From Lepidodermella squamata (taxonomy: Eukaryota; Animalia; Gastrotricha), in the NCBI GenBank assembly GCA_047495785.1, contig JBLDXI010000066.1, forward strand, positions 711,701 through 775,700: a stretch of 64,000 bases of DNA, in the 5' to 3' direction. Below the pieces are notes generated by a model. It ran no database searches, was not told the DNA's origin, and worked only from the letters and a program-made list of their open reading frames with translations. Of the stretch, positions 1 to 12,635 are shown piece by piece; position 1 is the first letter of the stretch; each line of letters opens with the position of its first letter. Made by a program: the position numbers and the translations under genes.

Positions 1-3000
1 CATCAATCCGAGTTTATAATCGGAAAATTGAACTTACAGTACAAGACATTTGCTGGTCGCAACTCATCAATTGGCTGGCCTATCAGTGAGCAATTAACAG
101 CTCGAAGGCCGGTGATTAGCCCAGCAATGTCGATGGCAACACAGCCACTTGAGGATTCAATAGCCGGCTCCCCAGGTAGCCAAAATGAGTCATCAACAGC
201 GGCGCCAGACTGCGACCAGAAAAAGTTGCCCTTATTTATATCAAATGCAGCCCCAAGCCAAAAATAACGCCGGGATACGATCTCAGGGGGCGTCGCGAGT
301 TTCAGAGCATCAGCTATCACTGTAAAGACATCCGGGTCTGAGAGTTGGGCGAGTTTCCTATTCCCCCGATTTCGGGCCGAAAACCCATTCACTGCGTCGG
401 CTGAGAAGGAGTAGCAAGTCCCGCCAAGGCTGAGTGCGTTAGACCCGCATTCACTCGTGTTCGCAGTGGATCGAAGCACGCAAGCGTCAACACATCGATC
501 TATGCCGGTCCAAGTCCCATCGACCTGGCAGGTGATGGCGGTTGTATTTAGGCCGGATGAAATGAAAACCCAGTTGGGATCCGAGCACTGGAGGTTTGCT
601 GTAGCGCCTGGGTAGTAGGTCGGCTCCGTACAATCGAAATACATTCGTAGCTGATTTTGCTCTGAAACACTCGGGATAGGGCAAAGGGGTGCTAAAATTA
701 GAGATAAATCAGGACATTTCTTAACAAGTCCAAACATTGCTATGGGAGTGGCTCACAGTAAGCAGCTGGTTTAGCAGCTTGCGAAACATTCAGACGCCTA
801 GTTGTTGGGCTTGAAGCTGAGATTTTGCATGCAGTCTGGTAAGAGCTACTACAGTCGCCCATTTGAAGCTGATTATTAGCATCCAGATAGGTACATTGAT
901 CTAAATTTCTTGGATCAGCAATTGCGGGATGTTAACTCTAAACTTTACTTTCAACACATAGCGGCAAGTCACTCCAACCGGTCGAGTTCATGCAAGCGAT
1001 TTGTTTATTCACAGCTAGGTCCAAGAAGCGAAAATTCCCATCACAACGAATCGTTATGACAGCCTCTGTGTGCGCAAAAACCTTACAAGGCTTCATATTC
1101 AAAAATTTTAAGGCTTACGGTTAAATTTGTTCGAGTTGAAAACTGCATCGATAGTTGGCTTTACCCAAGCGTTGGTGGAATAATTGTAGATTTGGTAGCC
1201 ATTTATCAACAACTGGCGACCGCTGCATTTGGCTCCGGTATTCGGGTTATTCTTACTTTCTGCCTGGCCGTAGTTTGAGGTGCTATCTATATGACAGCCT
1301 GGGTTTAGCGGTCGTTCGCACACGAAAAACCGATTCTTAGTGCAGTTGTCTGCGTACCACAGCCCGTCGATTGAGTTGAAGAAGTAGCACGACCCGGGTT
1401 GTGTTGAGGTTGCAGTCGGGGCTAGGTTGTCATATTTCGTTGGCAATGTAACGTCCTCGTCCGTGTAAGACCACATAGGCCGAGTCATAATGTTGAAGAC
1501 TAGGGAAGAGCGAACATAAACGTAGTCTCAGTAAACAAGGTGGAACAAACTGTTTGGTATTGAATCTCCGGCCACTGAGCACAAAGCGTTGAAGTTAGAT
1601 GTGTTGTAGAGTACCCGGCATGCAGGGTCGTCAGACATTAGCCATATGACCCAAGTCTTGTCTGCTCTTACTCCAAATGACGCGAAATAGTTACCTCTAG
1701 GTGGGTCTATATTGCAGAAATCGAAAACACTGGCATTCGCAAGTACAGCGCTGACAAAGGACGAGTTCGATGGCGAGGATTTGTCATCAGCCCAGAAGAA
1801 ATTCAAGACACTGAGTGGCAATTGCCGGAAAGGCCTCATACTGCCCTCTGGCACAAGCTGCGAGCCATCAGGCCACGCGGTGACTGTGGGAGACAACTGA
1901 AGCAGTGACGGGAATATATACCAGTGTCGACCTCCGGGCGGCACATATGTCGCAAAGCCGAGATTCAGCAGAGTCGACGCAATATAGCTGGCCTTTTCAA
2001 TCACGATTTTATAACTGAAAGCAACAAATTACCAGGGCTTACTTGACTGGCAGTGTCAATGCGCAGCCAGTTTGATGTCGAGTCGTTACAGATCTGCTGA
2101 TAATTTGACAAAAGTGACGTATACCAGACAGATGGTCTGAAACATCTCCCTTCAACGGGCACGTAATCGAGCGGACAATCTATGTCTAAAATCTTACATG
2201 CCTTATTGCTTTCAGGCGATCAATTTTCAGCTTACATTTAGAAACCACGTCTCGCCAAACAGCGGTGTTCGGCTCGATAACTGGCTCTGCCTGGCACAGA
2301 GAAAACGATGGACTGTATTTATTATCTGCGACTGAGTCGATGAGCAAATAAGCTCGATTCCAGTGAGCTACCGCCGGTAGCGAGACTCTCACAGTCTCGT
2401 TAGGCCACGAGTCATTGTAAGCGCTGTTCCCCACGTCAATCGGCATGCCATTGGCCCATTGCAAGTAAAGAGGCGCCAGAACTGGGTCTCGGACGTTGAT
2501 TGTTTGGGTTGCTGTTGCCCGGGAGAACAGGCCTATCGCCAAGCTCCATGTTGCATTGCTAGCTACAGCCTGAATGAAAGTGGCCTGGGCCTTATTCGCC
2601 ACAACGGGGAGAAAACCGCGAGAAAGGTTCGCACACAATTGCGCATGTACATTGTAACGCAGACCACTTGAAACGTAAACTAACCGATAACACGTATCCG
2701 CAGCAGGCACGTAGAAGTAACCATCAGGACATCGAACTGAAATAAACAGGATAACACTTTAGAATCAATGTAATTTAATTGCCCATCTCATGATAAAGTT
2801 GTCATATAAATATGAAAAATGTTTACCTTGCCGATGCACCAAACTTATCCAAAACTTGTCGTACATATCAGTCAAAACACCGAACAACGCAGAGTTTTCG
2901 TCCGCCGTCTCAATGTGGGCCAGGTAACCACCCATGCCGTAACACGTATCCATTGCATACTGCCAAGTACCAATATTTTCCATACCTAGAATATAGCAAA

Positions 3001-6000
3001 TCAACTGGAAGTTCTCAGGCTTTCGCATGGATCAAACCTGGGACCCAGATGCAAGTGTTTTGGAATACGGCCCAGTCGTCAGGGCACGGGCTTGTGCAAA
3101 CGCCAAATGGCTTGCTCTCGCAGATCAGCGAACCCATAGACAGGGAAAAGTCTGTACTGGTGCCTGGGTATGATGTCAACATTCCATCTCGACCGATCCC
3201 TAGGAACCGTTCTGCATTACTCCGCAAGGGGTTCACATATTGGCCGAGTCCAAGCAGGGGAGACAATGGTTCGTCATCAATAGGCCAATATCGCTTGCTG
3301 AAATCAGCCGGATTTCCCATGCTGAAAGTAAGGAAGTTGTTCGTTGGCAACACAGTCCAATTCATGCCATGCCGGTAGAATTCCTTTGTGGCGAAGCACG
3401 ATTTGAATGTTGAACAACCTCGACCTGGCGTGAGCCGTTGTTGACCGATTGCCGCTCGAAAATACCGAGCGAAAAGCATTTCCTCCTTAGAAAAAGAATT
3501 CGTGAAATCAAATTAAGGGGATTTATTGAAAAATGCCTCTGAATTGATGCTAATCGGCCAAGCGGAACCGTGGCGCCACCGGTCACGTGACTCAACATGG
3601 CACCGATAATTAGCCGCGTAGAAATTCAATGGGGTGGCGAAAGAGAAATAAGGTGTAGTAGTGCGGTAACAGCTCGAGCCGAACATAGTCCAGCCATTGG
3701 GGCAAACGCGTGCCATCGTGCTTCGATGCAAATAATTCCGTTCGATGGCGTATTTTGGAGTATCGAACCCGGAGCATTGATCAGTCAACCACATATAGTT
3801 GTCCGATTTACCACTCATGTAAACGCAAGAGGCGTTGTTTTGTGGGTCCAGCATTTCAGCACCGGTTTGCTCTAGGGATTGGCCGCTGTTAGGCTCACGT
3901 AAGTCGGCGTTCCAAACCCAAGATGCCAGCTCACCTTCGGTTAATGAATTATTTGGCTGGAGGCCGAGCCACAGCTTAACGTTTTGGTGCCGGATAAACG
4001 TTGCCCGAATGTGCTGAAGAAAATGTAACTCCAGCCAGGACTCAATACTGATCATCTGCCCGTTATCAATTCTGTTTGCATCTGAATTTCTCAAGGTATT
4101 CCAGTCTCTTGTTGAATCAGTACTCACTAAAAACACCAGAAATGGATACATCGAACTTGGAGATTCAAACCGTCCCTCTGATCCCAGAGAGGCTAAAACA
4201 AAAATTGCTTATCTGTTTCACCCGGAATTACACCGAAAAAAATCAATATATTGTCGGTAAATGTTTCGATTTTTAGGCTTCTTTTTCGTAGTCAATTCCA
4301 ATTTTATGATCACAGACCATGTATATTCTGCTAACCCCCAAGTAAGCAGTAAATTAACCAAGTCAGATTTTTTTGCTTACTTCCGTAACAGTGACCGCCA
4401 AAGTAGAACCAATCCCTGCTCGTGCGCTCGCAAGCAACGGCTACCCCAAGTGGGTATAACGGCACAGGGCTTGGAATGCGGATATCGCAAATGAATGCTG
4501 AAATCAGCCGAGAGCTGCAATTCTGTTGGTACCAAAAGCCATTCCGTGCAGCCATCGCAAGGCAAAGATCGGGTATGATGCCGCTGTTATTGATGTAGGC
4601 TTCGAAGAACGGTGAGTATCCGGGCCAATCCATGTAAATAGTTTCGGCGTTTCTATACCTATGGGTTGATGAGATGAGTATTATGCAAGCTTATTCGATC
4701 CAAATATTATATAGTTAAGGTTATGATTCAGGTAATTCATCCTGATATCAAAAAAGCTCAATGAGTTTATATGAAATTATTTACCACCATGCTTGGTTAC
4801 CCCCAGTCGTGCGGGCGTTGATCCAAGCCCAATTGATGCCATTTTGTAAGAGCCACTGCTGAAGTATCATATTCTGCTCGAAAGTGAAAATCTGCGCGAT
4901 ATTGGCGCCAAATCGCTGGGCGCACTGACCTGCCGCTTCTGCCCACGTCGCGTTGTAATTCGTAACAACTCGATAGCAATGGCCTAATACGTACAGCCAC
5001 CCAGCATAGCATGACGTTTGATTCAGCCACATAGTTCGAAGTGGGGCGTTGAACTGCCGTCGGTAGTTGGCGATGAACGAGTAGTCATCCTCGGTTGCTA
5101 GGGACATTACAGAAGCTCGGCCGACGTTGGCACAGTTGGTCACCGCAGTGCTCATTGTCCCCATGAGCGAGGCTTGGTTATTTGCGCCAATGTACCTATC
5201 CCGTAAATCAATGACTTTCTATTCACTAAACAGCGAGTGAACTCACCACAAGGTTTCGCCACGGCGGATCCAGTTGAAGAACACGTGGGGCCAACTGCCC
5301 CAATAAGTACCGTTGTACCTTGGCGCCAGAGAGCATGATGAGGGTAGGATAGTCACAGTCCCAATACGTGTGTTCGGGTTCATAGCCATAGAATCAGTGA
5401 GATAGGCGAACCCAGAGGTCGTCAAATAGCCGGAAGGAGAGTTAGCAGCAGTCTGGGTAAGACTGAGCAAACGCCCATCCGGCCAGTAAATATGGCCGTG
5501 TATGTTAGAAAGGGTTGGGCCGTAGTAAACTCCAGGCATCATTGTCGAAAGGCTAAGGTATGAATCACGGCCTTCTAGCGACACCCCGGCGAATTCGGTT
5601 AATGTAGGCGGGCGTGGCGAGGAAGTTGTGATTCGAAGGCAAGCCGATGAACCATCCGGAGCTGTAATTTGGGCCGAGCCTCTAGAGCAGCAAGATTGCC
5701 TATGCTCACAGATGCTTGTGAGGTTTTCGGTGCAAAGGCCTAACGTGGTTTTCTGAAGCTGGGCCGAGAAGCGAACGCAATATATTATATCCGGGACAGA
5801 TGAATATGATGCGAACGCGAAGCTGTTATTGCCATCGAGCGGAACTGTGACTATGCGGTTCCTCACGTCCACCACTGTGGCAATTCATTAAACTCTGAAA
5901 AAGAAAATCGAAACAACTCACGTGGGCCCCACATGTAGGTGACGCCAACCGGTGCGGGGGTTATGGCCGGGGTGTAGTAGCCGAGATGGAGGTCACTAGT

Positions 6001-6958
6001 AATACGAGCCCGTTTAACTGCCGCGATTATCAGTGCCCAAGCCATGTCGTTCAAATTAAAGTTGATCGGACTTGCGAGTACTGCGCCTTGAGCTTCACAT
6101 GCAAGTTGAGCCTCAAAGAAACTCGTCGATCTGTTGTTCACCGTATAAATGGCTCTAGCATCCGCCAAAGCATCGCAATCATTTACTGCAATTTCAATGG
6201 CTAAAATCGGTCGAAAATAGGTTTCACATCAACTTACGAGTTGCTGGAATGTAAGACCGTTTTCTGACCATCATTCGAACTTCGGTAATTCGATCCGTGT
6301 AGTTCGTGACTTGCAGGGCAGTTCCGATCGAACTGGCGCAAGTGCCATCCCACCATCCTGTTGTAGCCGAGCCGCAATTCGGTAGCGGAGCGTCCGAGGT
6401 CGCGAAAGCCCCGCATGCAGTGATCGACCCTCCCGTGCAGTTGAACAACGGCGGCAGGCCACTTGGGTTGCAGATCAGATTCATTGTTCCTCCGTTCGGA
6501 GGCGAGATGGCGTAACGGTCCCCAGGCGATCCAATGACAAAGTTGTCGAACATTTGCCAGGAGTAACGACCAACACTGTCTGTTATCTCGACTACAAGGC
6601 TGAATCCAGGCTGCCCAGCTAGGTAGAACAGCTTGTCATTTCCGAGCCAAAAATTTCCGGATAGCTGGCCGAAACCGGCTTTGTAGTCAGCCCAGGGTCT
6701 TTCGAATGAAACAGGGCTTGAGCTAAGAGTTGATCGTTTCATGATAACTGTCCAACCTCCGCCTGTTTCAAAATCAAGGTTTGAACAACTTGGAAAGGAG
6801 GTTGATATCCTTACCGAATTTATCCATCTCGCAAGGGACAGGGAAAGCCGATGCCATGGTGTTTGGCTGGATCTGGTACGTTCCACTTGGCGAAGCTCCA
6901 TTCGCAAGTAGAATCTGTTCACAGTCCGGCGGAGCTGAAACCGTGCATGCTGGAAGGA
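1..6958 (-). CDS. Large multi-exon extracellular mosaic protein: fibrinogen C-terminal (FReD) domain, then many C-type lectin domains and CCP/sushi repeats; 5' exon(s) not located, 3' end runs off the window
   Basis: FReD motifs PPDCEQI..SGTYQIQP..VPCEMDKF|GGGWTVIMKR..FERPWADYKAGFG..FWLGNDKL (6224-6958). Repeated CTLD motifs (CPDDW, CPNGWTMFGSSCY, FWLG..W..GEP..CV, WYADNC..FFVCE). CCP-like YYPGATANLQC..ITCQVDGTWTG at 490-640. ORF pieces are separated by short GT-AG introns; a few junctions look frameshifted. Confidence 0.85.
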
Positions 6959-7796
6959 CTGAAATAGGAACAAAACTATTTTCATCATTTTATTCAAATT
7001 ATTATAGTTTTTTTCTGAATTGAATCCCTGATTCTCAAAGCAATTTGGAACCTTCAAAAATTCTCTCAGATATTCGCTATAATCTGACTGAAATTTCGAA
7101 TTTTTGTGAATTTCCAAAATAATTGACGTTCTAAGGAAAGTTTTTGGTAACTTCGAAGCTCGGGTCTCCAATTTAATACTTGAACCATGAAGTTAGTACG
7201 TTCCGTTAGCATGGTTTAGAGAATTTGGTTGAAATTAGGGCAAATTCTCATTTTCCTATCTTTGAGAAATAAGACTTATGTTTTAAAGGTTTCCTAGAAT
7301 CAACTGTTTTGTTAAGAAATTGCATACCTATTTCCACTTCCAGAGCCATAATAAGCATAAAAGAGTGAATTGCCCGCCTAAGCAGGCCAAAATCACTCAT
7401 TTTTCTATTCAGAACTGCAGGAACTTTGAGTATTAGCTTGAAGCAAACAAATGGCATTAGTTTTGTTCTTGCATCGGAATAATTTAGCGATTTTTGTTTT
7501 GCCTGTGTTGTGTAGATGTGTTCTGAGTTACAGCTTATAGCAACCGGTCACAGATGGCACGTCAATCACTCTGAAAATCGAATTCATCGCTGTTCGATAC
7601 AAACAGATTGGAACGAATGAAGTTCAAAATACAGATTTATTCAGTAAAAGCTAGACGATACATTAGCATCCACGGAAAATTATGCAGAAATAGGAAAAAT
7701 TTACTATTCAATTTGAAACTTCAAAATCCTAAATTTTCAGAATTTATAACAAAATGGCAGTCATAAATTGTATGAAAAATTCTTATGTCAATTATT

Positions 7797-8093
7797 TCAC
7801 TTGGGCAGCTCTCGGTGGATGTGGTGAACAGCCTCGGCAAATTCTGAAAAAAAATTCAAAAATTAATTAAAATTTCATGGAAAAAATATGAATAAATTCT
7901 CACCTTTAAAATCGATGCTGCCGTTATGGTTTTGGTCAACCTTAAGCCAGACAGCGTCGATGAGCGGCTCTGGAGCCGGGCGGCCCAGAGCCTCGCTAAC
8001 CGCCACAGCGAATTCCAGCTTGGAAATGCGCCCGGATTTGTTCTTATCCGCAGCATCGAACGCTTTCTTAACTTCAATGGGCGACGGGTTCAT
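7797..8093 (-). CDS. Small two-EF-hand Ca2+-binding protein, copy 1
   Basis: Loops DKNKSGRISKLE and DQNHNGSIDFK|E; phase-1 intron, exon 2 EFAEAVHHIHRELPK*. Confidence 0.85.
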
Positions 8094-8517
8094 CCTTAGT
8101 TTAAAATTTACGAACAATTATAAAAGAATAATTTTTGACGATATGATCACTCGGTCGTATTAACTCGGGTTTTTATATGGCTGGCTGATCCAGGTGTCGA
8201 TGGCGGAAATTCACCAATTATCGGCGGTGTTATTTGCTCAAAAAATACAGGTCCAATTTAGTATGCCACGCTACAGCCTTTACCTATATTGATTATCAGG
8301 TCAATATACAGGAAAAAATACAGGTTAATGAAACGGTAAGTGCGATTTATTTTTTTCTGTTCGACGATATATATACGATGATGCAGGAAATTAAAAGACA
8401 AATAAATTATTAAAATAACATTGACTAGAAAAAAATTAAATAGAGCCTATAATATAAATTATGGTGGTATGAACGAAAAAAATTATTTCAAGTCAATTTT
8501 TTTAATTTTAGTCCTTT

Positions 8518-8814
8518 TCATTTACGCTTGGCTTGCACCATATATGCTGAAGCCAATTGGCAAAATTCTGAAAAAAAAATTAAAAATTAAAAAAAATTTA
8601 TTAGAAAAAATGAGAATTTACCTGGGAAATCGATTGATCCGTCGTTATTTTTGTCCACCTTGCACCATAATTGATCGATAGCCTCTTCGGGCGCAGCGTG
8701 GCCCGAAATTTCCGAGATGGCCTTCTGAAATTCAGCTTTCGAAACTCGGCCGTTTCGATTCGTATCCATTTTATCGAAAACAACTCGCAGGGCAGCTGGG
8801 TTGGTCCGTTCCAT
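8518..8814 (-). CDS. Small two-EF-hand protein, copy 2
   Basis: DTNRNGRVSKAE and DKNNDGSIDFP|E; same intron position; exon 2 EFCQLASAYMVQAKRK*. Confidence 0.85.
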
Positions 8815-9108
8815 GGTTTTTGTCGAAAAAAATGCTTGCAAAAAAATATTCTAGAACATTTTAATATTATATATAGATACAAAAAAATAATTGTTTTATT
8901 TGCATATAATTATGCATGGGGTTTTAATTTATAATGGGGCGAAAAATAAGTACAAAATTTGCATGCTGTTATGCTGTTGTGCCAAAAGCAGAAACAAATG
9001 TGTTCTATTATTATTATTATTGCAGGAGACCCACGCTTTTGTTGTTTTTTATTACGGCAGACGCGTGGGTTTGGGGCGTATTTCCCGTTTGCGCGCAGTC
9101 GAGCTTTC

Positions 9109-9543
9109 CTAATGTTTCGCCATCATCATAGACTCAACGGCTTTGATCATGTGACAAAATTCTACAAAGGTTGACAAAAACAAAAACAAATCAGAAATTA
9201 CTCTACATTTCCGTGCTATTCAAGGCAGTGCTCTGTTTTCGTGACTTGAACAATACCCTATGGCGCTATTACTTATATTTCTTGAAATTGCGCCAAAAGT
9301 AGAACATTAAAGTGTGGAATAACAAAAAGGTTTAAACTTGAAAAAATGACCTTCGAAATCGACGGTTCCATTGCTGTTGCTATCAGCCTCGTTCCAGACG
9401 CGGTCGACGACATGTTGCGGCGGTAGTTCTTTCGTTACCTCAACAATAGCGAGTTGAAATTCTGTTTTCGAAATTTTGCCGCTTTTATTCTTGTCGAACG
9501 AATCGAAAGCTATTTTCAGCTGCGAAGACGAGAGTTTAGACAT
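9109..9543 (-). CDS. Small two-EF-hand protein, copy 3
   Basis: DKNKSGKISKTE and DSNSNGTVDFE|E; longer intron at the same position; exon 2 (9161-9109) EFCHMIKAVESMMMAKH*. Confidence 0.8.
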
Positions 9544-10282
9544 TATTTTTATAATGCGTAAAAAAAATTAAATTAAAATGAACGAAATTCAGTGCAAATA
9601 AAATTATTGTTTCAATCGTTTTTTTCTCCATCCAACGCCGCTGATCAAATAGAGTAATAATTTCCTTTTTTGTTTTCTTAGCCACGTCGTCTTAGGTGGC
9701 GCATGGAGGTAATAAAATTTCGCCTTGTTGTGTGTGTGCGCCAATTTTTTTTCCAATGCGCCACAATCACTGGGCGGATGCCAGCCTAATTATACCTTTT
9801 CAGGTCGCGACCTACTTAACGCCAGACGTGTAATCTGAGAGTGAAAATCGCACCTAAAATGGCATTGAATTCCTAACCCATAAATGCAAAAAAAATTAAG
9901 ACGGATTTTTTTTCTAATTTTTTTTCCATTTTATCGATTTTTTTCTCGAGTGCGTATTTTCACTTGATATGTGAATGATGATAATAAAAAGTGTCACTTG
10001 ATAGAATAAAATTCGATTATTCATATCTATAGTTTTATAGTTGATTGCCCGGACAAGAAAGAGGCCGCATCTAATAAATCTCAAAATTGAATTAAGTGGT
10101 GCATTAACGCGCGTGTGGGACACATCAAAGCAATAAAATAAAATCGATCAACCTCTTCAACGCTGAGATGATTGCTAAAATAAATTATTGGTCCTTCCAC
10201 TCAACAACCAAAAAAGCGAAGTGAATTTCGAAAAAAGTGGCTTCGAAATTTCAAATATTCTCGAATTTTCCTATAATTGAAA

Positions 10283-11380
10283 ATGATCGACATTTCGTTG
10301 CTTTTGATTTTTCTAAACTGTTCATCTTCGATCGCGAATGTCATTTTCAGTTGTTGGTGGGCTTTCGGTTATTTTGACGCGTCAACCTGCCTAAACGAGT
10401 GTTTCTTCAACACGAAACGCAACGCCCTCAAATTCTGGGCCTACCACCCGATTTATAACCCAGCTTCAGACAGCGCCTTGACCGAATGCAAAATACCTTG
10501 CCTCGACGCAGTTAAACCCACCTTAATGTCGAATTTCGCCGCAATTCTTCACCTATCAATCGTATTCGTAGTTTCGAGCAAATCGAAATTTCCTGAAAAA
10601 TCGGATAAAATGCTACGAAAATTCCTGAATATTACAGGAATAAGTCTGTTAGTCCTACAATTAGCCGCCTACGTCATGGCTAGAATTAACTGGACAGCCA
10701 ACGAAATTTCTGGAACTTTTGTCGAAAATTGGGTTCGAATTTTCCCGGATAAGGAACAGCCGATACTGGATATGGACGAAATTTTTCAAGCTGCTATGAT
10801 AACTACAACAATCGCGATAACATTTCACAGTCTAAGAGCTGTTGGGATTAATTCGAAGAAAAACGAACAAGACGCAGCCGTGAATCAACCGCAAAATCTC
10901 AAGTTTATTCTAAAACCTGAATTTTTACATAATTTATGCGCAGTTTTGACGTTGAAATTCTTTTTTTGCCTAATTTCAGCCGCGACTTGCATGGCATTAT
11001 CATTTGCCTGGTTTGTATCGCTTTACGGCTTGGTCGATCTTGGCCCTTTTACCCTAAATCTTTCATTGAGCAGGCAAATTTACAGTCGATTGGCGTTTTT
11101 TCTTGCGCATATGATGATTTTGAGTCTGGCATCGCCAATTTCGGTGTTTTACGCCGCCTTCTCGCAGGTTAGGTCAACGTTTTTGTTGTACGCCATCGAT
11201 TTTATTGTTCTGGCGTGTTTTACCGCCTATGTAATTATTGATCCGCTGTCGACTGGTGAGCAAATGATGTGCTACGACGCTGTGATGGGCGGTTTTAATT
11301 TGCTTATGCTTATCATCGATTTTGCGCTACATTCTTTTCCGGATATTCATCGCGGCAGCCGATCAATATTGGACTATTAA
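10283..11380 (+). CDS. Intronless multi-pass membrane protein, unrecognised family, copy A
   Basis: About 7-8 hydrophobic segments; family motifs WWAFGYFDASTCLNEC, RLAFFLAHMMILSLASPIS, IDFALHSFP. Confidence 0.75.
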   Translation: MIDISLLLIFLNCSSSIANVIFSCWWAFGYFDASTCLNECFFNTKRNALKFWAYHPIYNPASDSALTECKIPCLDAVKPTLMSNFAAILHLSIVFVVSSKSKFPEKSDKMLRKFLNITGISLLVLQLAAYVMARINWTANEISGTFVENWVRIFPDKEQPILDMDEIFQAAMITTTIAITFHSLRAVGINSKKNEQDAAVNQPQNLKFILKPEFLHNLCAVLTLKFFFCLISAATCMALSFAWFVSLYGLVDLGPFTLNLSLSRQIYSRLAFFLAHMMILSLASPISVFYAAFSQVRSTFLLYAIDFIVLACFTAYVIIDPLSTGEQMMCYDAVMGGFNLLMLIIDFALHSFPDIHRGSRSILDY

Positions 11381-12302
11381 CGATGAATAAATTTGCATTA
11401 TACACGTAGAAAATTCAAACAAAATGTTGTTCCATCTCTCAAACAGAAAATCCCAGAAAAACCACAGGGAACAATTAAGTGTCGATTCGACTTTGTTTCA
11501 TTTTTCGCTCTCCTCCAAAAAACGTCAAGAGAAATGGCTGTACGGCTGTATAGACCACTATAAATTTATTCAGGAGGACAAGAGCGCTCGGAAAAGTATT
11601 TTGACAGCATTTCTAGGCCTTATAACGGTTTAGAATTATATCTCATCGAAAATCACTAGGGTTTGGCGAATATTCTGACATCGGGAGATGTTGATGTCGC
11701 TTTCAAGATTCAAGATAATTGAACGATGAGTCGGACGATATTAAAAACAGGTTGATAGCCATGAGGGTTGTTGAGAAATTTGACTTTAAAGTTTACCATG
11801 CTAATTTCGAAAAAAGTTCGCCTGGGAAATTTGAGTTTTTATTGCATCAATTAACAATGTCCCACACAATAAATTCTAATATTTTTTGCGCTTTAGACCA
11901 TTATTAGGGTAATCTAACAAGGTGAGGAATTTCGCTAGATGTTCAAAAATTTTGGTTGAATCCAGCTAATGTCTCTTCAACAAGCTGAATAGATAGGCTT
12001 TTCAACAACACTTTGGGATTTCTCGTCTTTTAAGGAGGACGGGAGCCTCCTAGAGGTCGGAAAATTGAAATTTGAAACTGAGTAAGATCATTGGAAAATA
12101 CAGAAAATCCACCAAACCCCACTTTTCACTTGTAAACAGTCAAATTTAAAGAAATCATCAATATTTACTGCAAAATATTTCCATTATTACTGACAAATTG
12201 GTGCAGAAGGATGCAATCGCAGCGAAGTCGATTATTTCCAGAAAAAAGAGAAAAATTGCCATTAAAGCAAAGATCAGTTAGATATTCTCCTTGGCATCGG
12301 GT

Positions 12303-12635
12303 TTACATCTGAGGAAATTCTACGACGTCAAACGCATCAGTTATAACAATGCGTCGAATCTTCTGGTTAATCTGCTTAAGTTTCTTGCTCAGGAGACTGT
12401 TGAAGCCAGGCTGCTGCTGGTTGTTGCTGCTGAAATCCCTAGCAATTCGCGAGCGCATCGCCTTGAGGAAAATATTCAACCGAATCGCCGTGTCGATACT
12501 CAACGGTGTTTCTCCTTGTTGTTCGGGCTCATCGGCTTGAAGAACGTCGTCATTCAGATCTTGCAGAAACGCGTAAGAGGACGAGCAACAACTAATGAGG
12601 CTCGAAATCAAAAGGCAAGTCAGGAAAAGATGCAT
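12303..12635 (-). CDS. Secreted 110-aa prepropeptide-like protein, copy 1
   Basis: Signal-like MHLFLTCLLISSLISCCSSSYA, acidic segment, basic segment with KK/RR; paralogue at 14166-14500. Confidence 0.6.
   Translation of the reverse strand: MHLFLTCLLISSLISCCSSSYAFLQDLNDDVLQADEPEQQGETPLSIDTAIRLNIFLKAMRSRIARDFSSNNQQQPGFNSLLSKKLKQINQKIRRIVITDAFDVVEFPQM

Noticed and set aside
2459-6515. Plus-strand ORFs over the lectin gene, and antisense ORFs over the GPCR and membrane genes
   Set aside because: Shadow frames of well-supported opposite-strand genes
9697-9763. Short inverted repeat gtggcgcat(t)gga
   Set aside because: Only ~12-bp arms, no TSD; could be chance or a tiny relic
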